Shown: positions 8,805 to 18,100 of the stretch, piece by piece | How the letters are laid out: each line of letters begins with the position of its first letter | Numbering within the stretch: position 1 is the first letter of the stretch | Source of the DNA: a virus | Taxonomy: Duplodnaviria > Caudoviricetes | Length of the DNA: 28,555 nt | Virus record (IMG/VR): IMGVR_UViG_3300000756_000035 | Span: 1-28,555 of that record | Direction: 5' to 3' (one strand) | Position numbers and translations under genes: made by a program | The notes under the pieces: model-generated | Database searches by the model: none | Told to the model about the DNA's origin: nothing | What the model saw: the letters and a program-made list of their open reading frames with translations, nothing else

Positions 8805-11123
8805 TTATGCGTTAAAACTTGCTCCAGTTGGTAAGATGTTGAAATCAATTACTATGAATTCAGCCGTCTTAGCTGGTTGTAAGAAAATTTGTCCCGCTAA
8901 TATGTTTCTATCAATTACGTCCGGTGTGTTGTTACTCTCGTCCATTACAACTCTGAATGCGTAAAGTCCTTGTCTTTGTTGAACTGCCTCTAAGTAAGGG
9001 TTCACAGTGTTTAAGAATCTTTGACGAGTTGTAGATGTATTTTGTTCGAATATTAAATAACGAGATGTAGATGCGATAAACTTCTTAAGAGTAATAAGTA
9101 ATCTTCTAACATTGATTCTATCTAAAGCAGATGCCTTATCTTGCAATGTTTTTTGTCCGAATGCTACAATACCTTGTCCTGGGAATGCCGCAATTGGGTT
9201 TACTTTGTTCTCATATAGAGTATCTCTTTCAGAATGTGTTAATCTATTCAACACACTAACTGCTCCAGTAATACCACCTCTATTCAAACCAGCTGGTGCG
9301 AACCACTCTGCCGCCAATCTATCGTTACTAGCAAATACTGCCGGTAATAATACTGATGGAGGAACTGATGTTAATTTGTTAGTGTTAGTGTCAACAGTTT
9401 TAACCCAAGGGTAGTAAGTTCCAACGTAGTTAGAATCTACTGCATTTGCTTCTTCAGTTGCTTCAGTTATAGTTGCATTGTAATTTACAAAATCAGCGAT
9501 GTAGAAACAATCTTGTCTATCTTCAACCATATCAATTACTTTTGTAGTAATAGCAGGGTGTAAAGAACGAATGATACCAGGAGTTACAACTAAGTTAATA
9601 TCCCACTCATCTGCATTTGATACAGCGTTGATTGATTTTGTATATGCAATTGAACCAGAAGTTACTGCTGTTGCACAATTGAATCCTTGTGTATTTGAAT
9701 TACCCCAATCAGTATCACCAGCTTTAGCTTTAGTTACAGTTGGATTCATACCATCAAACCCTTCTTGGAATGCTAATACAAATTGTCTCTTAACCATATC
9801 AGATGAAACTGAACCAGTCATTACATACGTTAATTGAGAATCAAATGCGAAAGATACGTTAGAACCGGTTTGAGCTCCAACAGGAATTGCTTTTAGATAT
9901 TGTTTATTATCCACACTCACACCAGAAGTTTCAAAATCAAATCCACTAAAATATATTGGAGATGATGATGAGTTACCAGTTGAGTTAGTTTGGAATGTTA
10001 CTGCAGGTACTAAAAGTGATTCTGCATTGTTTGTTGCCGTAATTGGGTTTGTATATGCTCCATGTCCGAATGGTGCTGCTGATATTGGGAATGAACCCGG
10101 AGTAGATACAACTACTCTTATATATTTTGATTTGTTTGAGTAATCGCCATTTTCAGTTATTTTACCATTATTATCAATTGTATTATATCTATCACCAATT
10201 CTTCTAGCTATATAGTTAGGAGATGATGCATCTAAATTTACATTATTAAATGTTTCGATTACGCTCTTTCTCTTATCAGTATCACTAAATGAACGGATTG
10301 TTACAGTAAATGTTGAATAATCAGTTGAACCATCTTCACCAGCTGCTTTTACATTAGAAATACCAACTTTGTATTTTGTATTATATGTATCACCATGTCC
10401 TAAAGTTACGAAGTTAAATAAGTCATATCTTTCACCACTAATCAATTGAGATTGTACCATTGGAGTTTCAGCTTCATTTGCATCGTATGCGAAATCCTGA
10501 GTTGGTAATACCACTCTAGATATTACAATGTTGTTTCCAGCAGAACCAGTATAGTATCCAGCTACGTTTTCAAAGTATGAATATGCATATGCTGATTTAG
10601 CTCCAAATGAAGATTCTCCAAATACATCTGCTAAATCGTTTGTTGCTGTTGGTAATATAGATGCCGATACATTTAGCCCTGTTCCTAATATTAAGAATGA
10701 ACCATCGATTGCATCGTTACTAACAACAGTTGCTCCAGTAAAACCAACCGTTTCATCTCCTACCTTAGTTGAATGTAATAAACCAATTAGTTTAGTACCT
10801 ACTGATTGAAGGGATGAACCAGATGCGAATATCGCTAAAGGTGCCGCTTGTTGGTATCCACCAATACCCGCAACTCTTACGATGGTTGCACTACCAGCTT
10901 CTCTTAAATAATTTTGTACTGCATATTCAGTATAATAAGTTCCATCAGGTGTTCCGAAAATTTCTTCGAATTCTGATTGTGTTCTAACAATTGTTGGAAT
11001 AAACGCCGGTCCTTGTTTAAAAGGCCCTATAAACGCTGCTCCAATTTCACCTACCCCTTGTGATAAGAAGGAAAGGTCATTTTCTCTTGTGAATACACCG
11101 GGTGATACGATTCTTTCTGCCAT
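8805..11123 (-). CDS. Contractile tail sheath protein (T4 gp18-like)
   Basis: 772 aa with N-terminal SPGVFTRENDLS and a C-terminal core YYPWV...VPPS...WFAPAGLNRG...LYENKVNPI...GQKTLQ...DRINVRRLL...FEQN...PAKTAEFIVIDF. Confidence 0.97.
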   Translation of the reverse strand: MAERIVSPGVFTRENDLSFLSQGVGEIGAAFIGPFKQGPAFIPTIVRTQSEFEEIFGTPDGTYYTEYAVQNYLREAGSATIVRVAGIGGYQQAAPLAIFASGSSLQSVGTKLIGLLHSTKVGDETVGFTGATVVSNDAIDGSFLILGTGLNVSASILPTATNDLADVFGESSFGAKSAYAYSYFENVAGYYTGSAGNNIVISRVVLPTQDFAYDANEAETPMVQSQLISGERYDLFNFVTLGHGDTYNTKYKVGISNVKAAGEDGSTDYSTFTVTIRSFSDTDKRKSVIETFNNVNLDASSPNYIARRIGDRYNTIDNNGKITENGDYSNKSKYIRVVVSTPGSFPISAAPFGHGAYTNPITATNNAESLLVPAVTFQTNSTGNSSSSPIYFSGFDFETSGVSVDNKQYLKAIPVGAQTGSNVSFAFDSQLTYVMTGSVSSDMVKRQFVLAFQEGFDGMNPTVTKAKAGDTDWGNSNTQGFNCATAVTSGSIAYTKSINAVSNADEWDINLVVTPGIIRSLHPAITTKVIDMVEDRQDCFYIADFVNYNATITEATEEANAVDSNYVGTYYPWVKTVDTNTNKLTSVPPSVLLPAVFASNDRLAAEWFAPAGLNRGGITGAVSVLNRLTHSERDTLYENKVNPIAAFPGQGIVAFGQKTLQDKASALDRINVRRLLITLKKFIASTSRYLIFEQNTSTTRQRFLNTVNPYLEAVQQRQGLYAFRVVMDESNNTPDVIDRNILAGQIFLQPAKTAEFIVIDFNILPTGASFNA

Positions 11124-11182
11124 TTTATTTGTGCTATTTGTATTTTTAAGTGTGTATTAATTATTACCTACATTAATACTCA

Positions 11183-11191
11183 TATAAATAT
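11183..11191 (-). promoter_or_regulatory. Putative late promoter motif ATATTTATA
   Basis: 59 nt upstream of the sheath ATG and 5 nt downstream of the long hairpin. Confidence 0.6.
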
Positions 11192-11196
11192 AAAGA

Positions 11197-11244
11197 AAAT
11201 ATCCAAAACACAAATTTATTATTAAATCTGCACTTTGGATATTT
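11197..11244 (-). terminator. 22-bp RNA hairpin (terminator or processing site) between the fibre unit and the sheath gene
   Basis: Sense RNA AAAUAUCCAAA-GUGCAGAUUUA-auaa-UAAAUUUGUGU-UUUGGAUAUUU followed by UCUUU. It pairs continuously with 4 G-U pairs on the sense strand only. Confidence 0.6.
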
Positions 11245-11264
11245 AAAATTTAGTTTCGATTAAA

Positions 11265-11669
11265 TTAATCAACTGGAGCTGGTTCATTAACAGCAGGAGC
11301 TATTCTACTACCAGATGTAGGTGACCAAGGCAAATCAGCTTCATTAACTTCAAGCTTAGTCCATTTTTTACCAGCTATTTCTTTTTGAATTTGTCCATTG
11401 ATATGCTCCATATAATTAGTTGCAGAACCACCACTTACGTGATTTTTTACCCAACCAAGTACTTGCTCTTCTGTCAAAGAACTATATTCGGTAAAACTAC
11501 CTGTACTAATTTCAGAAATTTTAAATGGAGTTGCTCCACTAAATGTTCCAAAATCGCCATCTTCATCCGTACCGGTTAATTTCCATTGTGTACCAACAAC
11601 GGCTTCGGTAATATTTTCACCGTTTTGTTTTTTAAGACCTGTTAGTTTCCATTCGTATGTTAATCCCAT
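11265..11669 (-). CDS. Small phage protein typically found after S74-bearing tail fibres (putative fibre accessory)
   Basis: 134 aa with YEWKL, FTEYSSLTEEQVLGWVK and LPW motifs, adjacent to the fibre gene. Confidence 0.7.
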   Translation of the reverse strand: MGLTYEWKLTGLKKQNGENITEAVVGTQWKLTGTDEDGDFGTFSGATPFKISEISTGSFTEYSSLTEEQVLGWVKNHVSGGSATNYMEHINGQIQKEIAGKKWTKLEVNEADLPWSPTSGSRIAPAVNEPAPVD

Positions 11670-11688
11670 AATATTGTGTTTTATATTG

Positions 11689-11697
11689 TATAAATAT
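11689..11697 (-). promoter_or_regulatory. Putative late promoter motif ATATTTATA
   Basis: 19 nt upstream of ATG 11669. Confidence 0.6.
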
Positions 11698-11718
11698 ATT
11701 ATTTTTAAAAAATAATTA

Positions 11719-12105
11719 TTATCTATTGTTAGTTAAGATTTTCAACATTTCTTTAATTTCAGAAATATCGTTGTTTTGTCTGTCAATTATAACTTGTTGC
11801 TCCTTAATAGCTTCTACTAAAAGTGGAACTAACTTATCATAATCAATCGTTAAATAGTTTTCACCACTCTTAGAACCTATAACCTTACCATCCTCATCAA
11901 ATTCAGTATCAAATGGTGCTAAATGTACGATTTCAGGTAATACCTTTTGAACTTCTTGAGCGGATAAACCTAATTGTACTTTAGTATCGGTATATCCTAC
12001 TGATTTTGCTAAATTATTGTTTACATAGTAGAAACCATTTAATTGAGATATCTTTTCTAATGGGTTTTCAATATTACCAACTTTTGTTTTTAATCTTTCA
12101 TCGGA
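11719..12105 (-). other. Peptidase S74 / intramolecular chaperone domain, with predicted autocleavage at S-D in YYSDERLK
   Basis: SDERLK...LEKISQLNGFYY...LGLSAQEVQKVLPEIV...DYDKLVPLLVEAIKEQ followed by a coiled coil. Confidence 0.92.
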
Positions 12106-15100
12106 ATAGTATGCTATAATATTTCCTTGTGCAAATATCCAGTCATATGAATATAGATAGTTTGCATTAATTCTATACATACGAGATGTTGAATTAAAAT
12201 CACCATAATATCCAGTGTCGTGGTCATAGAAAATCGGAGAACGAATATCGTTGTTTACATATACACCATAAGGTTGCATTGACATTCTATCTGAACCAGC
12301 ATAGTATAAATAAAGGATTGCTCCACTCATATACCAAATCCAACCTCTAGCACTATCATGCACACCACAGTTATCACCCATAGTACTCATAAAGGTATAT
12401 CTACTACCAATACCCCAACCTTGCCATCCATTTCTACCACCATCATAAGTTGTATAGTTACCATAAGGATTTCCACCACATTCAGCTGCCCATATACCTC
12501 TACCATATGATTGGTTATATAAACCCGTACAATCATAGTTTCTCCACCATCCGTAGTTATAACCCTGATTAATGTATATTGCACTTAAACGTGAATCTCC
12601 ATTAGGGTCAATATAATATCCAGTATTATTTGCATCATACATTATATATGCGTACAAAGTATATCCAGGATTATGGTCACTCATTACAAATTCCTTCCAA
12701 GAAGATGTGCCACCACCCCATTTACCTCTTGCCCAATATCTATTTGCTGTTGCATCACCAGCTCCAACCATCATCCAACCATATCCTGCTCCACCATCCG
12801 ATGTTGCGTAGTGTAGACCGGATACGATACCTTGAGCGTGTATGTAACCGCCACCTTGCGGGTGACCAGTTCCACCTCCCCAAATATCCCATCCAGAAAA
12901 ACCAGCTTTCCAAGCATTATCCCAGTTTCCAGCAGATGTTCCCCATCCAAAAGTACCCGTCCAATAGTTAGTATCACCAGTATAATCAAATCTAGGAGTA
13001 ATCCAATGATGACCTCTATTCATTGCTGCGTGCGTTCTATTAGCAAATCTACTTAATTGTGAAGTACCATTAGGGTCTAAATAATATCCACTATCATCTC
13101 TATCGTAAATAAAGTTTGTTCTTACTTCATAAAGATACGTTCTACTTCCATTATAATGATTAATGTATGTTTCGTATCCGTTTTGACAATCTAAGTGTAA
13201 GTTACCATTAGTTACAGTCACCGAAGCGTATCCATCGGGTCTATTATCAGAACCCACTCTAAGATAAGCACCCCATGTTGGATTAGGTCCCATAAACATA
13301 CCACCTCTTACTCTTATTGCTTGCTGAGATGTACTATTAAAATCTGCGTAATATCCGGTATCGTCCGAATCATAGAATACATTTGCACGAAGGTCACCAG
13401 ACCCACCGCCACCATACATAGCAAATTCTTTCCAACCAGATACACTACCACCCCACTTACCTCTTGCCCAATATCTGTTTGGAGTTGCATCTCCAGCTCC
13501 AACCATCATCCAACCATATCCTGCTCCACCACCTGCAGTTGTATAATGTTGTCCAGAAACAATACCTTGTGCGTGAACGTAACCACCACCTTGAGGGTGA
13601 CCTGTTCCACCTCCCCAAATATCCCAAGCACCAAATCCAGACTCCCAAGCAGTATCCCAGTTACCATAAGATGTACCCCATCCCCAAGTTCCTGTCCAAT
13701 AGTTTTGGTCACCAGTAATATCTCTACGAGTAGTCAACATTCTACCTAAGTTGAATGCTCCTCTACGAGTGTAATCCGTAATTGCGTACATATTAGTTGT
13801 ACCGTCACCATTAAAATAATATCCCGTATTATTATTATCATAGAATATTGGTGCTCTATATGAACCATTGGCATAACCAGTGGATACATCATAATGGTCA
13901 TAACCATTATAATAGTTATGTCCATAGTTTCTAATAGGTAAATTAGAATAGTAGTTCATATAAATTGAGTTACCACTAAACGAATCTATATGTAAGTTAC
14001 CATTTAAGTAAATTCTACCATTACCATTTCTGGCATATAGATATTCGTTTACACTTACTCTATAATATTGAGATGTACTATTCTGGTCTGAATAATATGC
14101 AGTATCATTTGAATCATAAAATATCGGTGCTCTTAATGAGTTACCACCGGAAGCGTAGTTATTGAAATATACCGTATTATTTGGATATAATTCCATATTA
14201 GTAACTCTAGTACCGGATGTGTTTGTATTATAAAAATACCAGCTACCATCGGTACTAAATCTCATATATGCCTGTCCAAACGAAGTATTAGGTCTACTAA
14301 AATAGTAAGGACCAGAACCATCGTGGTAGGTATTATCCACATTGTATCCAAATCCAGCCCAAGACCATGTGTTACCTGGTTCAGAACACCAAGATTGTAA
14401 ATGAACTACACCTTGTCCTGCGCCATTATTAGATGCTAATAATCTAAGTCTCATTGTGGAGTCACCATGACCACCACTCATTCTTAATCCACCATATAGT
14501 TCGGTAAATGATGCTGGGTCTATATAATATCCTGTATTTTGCGCATCATACATTATATTAGCTTGGAAACTTTGTGCCCAAGCAGTACTACCGTTATCCC
14601 ATCTTAAGTTCCACCCAACAATAGAGTTACCGCCACCGTAACCCAATCTCCAGTCATTTGCCGATACGTTACTCATCATACCCCAATAGGTAGATGCGTT
14701 GTTCATCATAAATGAACCATTATTATTGTATGCGTTATGTTGAACAGAGTTTCCGTTTGCAACAACTAAATAAACAAGATTTGTTGTACCAGCTGCATTC
14801 ACATAATATCCAGTATTATCCGAATCGTAGTATATTGGTGAATATAATGCCGCAGTTGAATATATAGCTCCAGTGGTGTAAATACCACCATTCATTTGTA
14901 ATCTAGTATAGGTACTACCATTGTTTCTTAATGCAACAACATGCGGGTCACCTGGTAAGAATGTACTACTGGCATATTCATATCCCAATCCGTACATATT
15001 ACCGATTGGCCAAGATTCACCAATAGTCCAAATTACTTTAGAAGCAGTACCAGTAGAATTATAACTACCCATCATGCCACCTTCGTTACGAGATACTAAG

Positions 15101-18100
15101 TAGTTTGAAAACCACATTCTACCATTTTGCTCCGTTTGGTTAAAATTGTTTGTACCTGCAGGGTCTGCGTAGTATCCAGTATTATCTCTATCGTAGAATC
15201 TATATGCGTAAACATTATTTCTAACATAAAAATCGTGGTTAGTATTATACCAAATAGATGCTGGATAAGACCAGTTGATACCAACACCATAGTGAGGATT
15301 ATCTGCATTATCATACCAACCAAATGATAATTCATCAGGATTTGTATTTGCAATACCCATTACAAATCTTCTATATCCACCGGCCGTTTTCCAACCTTGG
15401 AATGAAAGAACAGGTCCATGTGTTGTATTACCACCATTTGAAGTAGAACCTATACCAATATGTGGATAGTATGGTGCATTTACTTGTAAACTATATCTAT
15501 CATTATCATTAAGAACGTGAGTAACACCATTTATAGTAGTTTGGTTTGGCCCTATTAGTAATGAATAACCGGATGTTGCTGAATTGAATCTACCATAACC
15601 AAATACACTTCCACCAGTTCCATCAAACTTATATTGAGTATCATCACTATCATAATAAACTGGAGAATACATTGCCGAAGTAGCCGTAACCGTTGTACTT
15701 CTAAATCCTCTTAAATCACCGGATATATATGAATATGTATCAGATTCAATTGCCGCAGTATATCCTTCAGCAACATCCATTACACCATCATAATAAGTTC
15801 CATTTTGAATTTTACGAAGAACAACTTGTCCATATGACCAAGATGATGAACCATTACCAATTACGATACAATATTTGCCATCTTTAACACCAACTCTAAC
15901 CGGTTTATCAGTATATCCTACAAGAGTTGCACCAAAATTATACCAGTTATTACTCCAGTTGTGGCCACCAACGATTACAGTACATGCATTATTTCCATTA
16001 TATTCATAAATGTCAATAACGGCGTGAATCATACCATAGTTTCCGGTATTACCAGGGAATTTAATAACAACTGCTCCAGTAGTTCCGGTAGAACCCCAAA
16101 CCGCATAAGGTCTACCTACTAAGTTATTTTGTTTTATACCACCCGCTATTCTCAATGAAGTTGCCGATGTACCTGCATCTAAGAAATATCCAGTATCAGT
16201 ATAATCTCTAAATATCGTTCCTCTTACTTCTTCGGTAGTAACCAATCTACCACCACCCCATGCTCCTTTAAACACTCCGTTTTGAAGAATTATCATACCG
16301 TGGTCTGCTAAATTAGCTGCAACTCCTCCAAAGTTTGGATGTGACCAAGCTATACCATATAAATTACCAACAGATGTACCATTTGCTGGTAGCTTATACG
16401 AATCTCCCATTGCAAATACACTTTGTAATCTAGTAGAATCATAATTTCCAACTATACCAATACCATAGTTATTAAATACAATATTTCTTCCATAAGTAAT
16501 TCTAGTAGCGTCTCTCGTATCGTGATAATGAATTAAAGAATCGGTGCCGGCATATCTACTATATCTATATGTTGTATAAGATGAATCCCAATACCAATGG
16601 TCACCATACCAAGATGATGAATCTTCTCCAAAATAGAAATGAGAATCACCACTATCAGTTGCCCCAACTCGTAGTGTATCGTTTACAAGTGTCTCATCAG
16701 CGTTACCATTGCCTAAATAAGAGTTTCCACCAACATATATGTTATTTGTTACTCTTACATGCGTATCAGTTTCACCAACAGAAAATAATTTAGTTCCTAA
16801 ATCTTCTGAATCAAATATTCTAACTCCACCATATCCAGCTTGTGCACCCATACGAATACCAGTGTGCCATCTTAAATCTAATTTAGTATATGAACCACCA
16901 TAGTTTTCTACATTAGTACCAATGTAGTAATTACTTTGAGCGTCGGAATCACCACCACCAAAATGTAATCTAGTAGAACTTATTGAACTATATGCTTGAT
17001 TACTAAAATTACCACCAATTACAACTCTATCATCAGTAGTTAATGCATTTATTCTAGAAGTACTAGCAGCATCTATAAAATATGCAGTGTTATCATAATC
17101 TCTAAATTGAGTTGCGTCTAATGTTGAAGTAAATGCCCCATTACCACCTACTAATAATCTATAAGATGAATTTGGAGAAGTACCAATACCAGTCTTACCA
17201 GCTATATAAGCAGTTTTACTATTAATACTTTGGTCATTACCAGCATTTAAGTAGAAGTCAACTATATTATTTTCATCTTCAACATAGATAGGATAAACAT
17301 TATCACCACCATCATTTGAATATCCTTCAATTTGTAATATTACAGCGTTACCACTATTCCAAGTAGTATTATATACATTTGAACCAAATATTACGTTTTT
17401 ATTAAATGCCGAAACTGCACTACCTACCGTTCCTCCCATCAATCCTCTGTATGTTAAAACACCAGTTGAAGATAATGCTAATCTATTTGCTGCATTATTT
17501 ACATCATAAATAGTAAATGTACCATCTGCGTTTATAATAGAATAATCAGAATCATTATTAGTATCCGTTAAATTAATTCTTGGATATGCGTTTGAGATTG
17601 TAATATCACCACCAGTTACACTAACACCATTTGTAGCCGTAATTGTAGCATGTGTTACATTATCAGTTGTTCTAACATGCTGATTCATTATGTAAACTTC
17701 GGTTGCTCCTTGTCCAGTATCAATAGTACCACTAAGAACTACATTACCATTTACTTCTAGTGTATTATCAGCATACCATCTATCGGTTGATTCGTTCCAA
17801 TAAAATGATACGGTGGATGCGTTTCCTCTTTTAACCTCTATACCAGCATTTTCAGTTGGTGTAGTTGATGCTCCAATATCTGCGTTTAATGTGATGATAT
17901 TATCACCTACATTAAGAGTCGTTGTATTAATATATGTTGTAGTACCACTAACAGTTAGGTTACCACTAATTGTAGCATCTCCAGTTACCGTTAATGTACT
18001 ACCATCGAATTTTAAATTTGCTTCAACAGTTCCGTTTGGTGCACTTCCGTTTAAAGTTATTACCCCATTATCGGTTGTACCCGTTAGGGATAATAAACCA

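Noticed and set aside
1-11123. Bacterial extracellular contractile injection system (Afp/PVC/tailocin) rather than a phage tail
   Set aside because: There is a single sheath and tube, a frameshift-type chaperone, S74 fibres and phage-like promoters, with no Afp15-like ATPase, toxin cargo or host genes in view. It is not formally excluded because capsid and terminase genes are outside the window.
11124-11264. tRNA or known structured ncRNA in the largest intergenic gap
   Set aside because: No cloverleaf, T-loop or riboswitch-like motif is visible, only the two simple hairpins reported.
12688-13716. Diversity-generating retroelement template/variable repeat pair
   Set aside because: Differences between the copies involve all bases and are often synonymous rather than adenine-specific. 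Both copies are in-frame coding, and no reverse transcriptase is in the window.
12180-17112. Invertible shufflon-type fibre switching
   Set aside because: All modules are in one orientation within one ORF. I saw no inverted recombination sites or recombinase gene.
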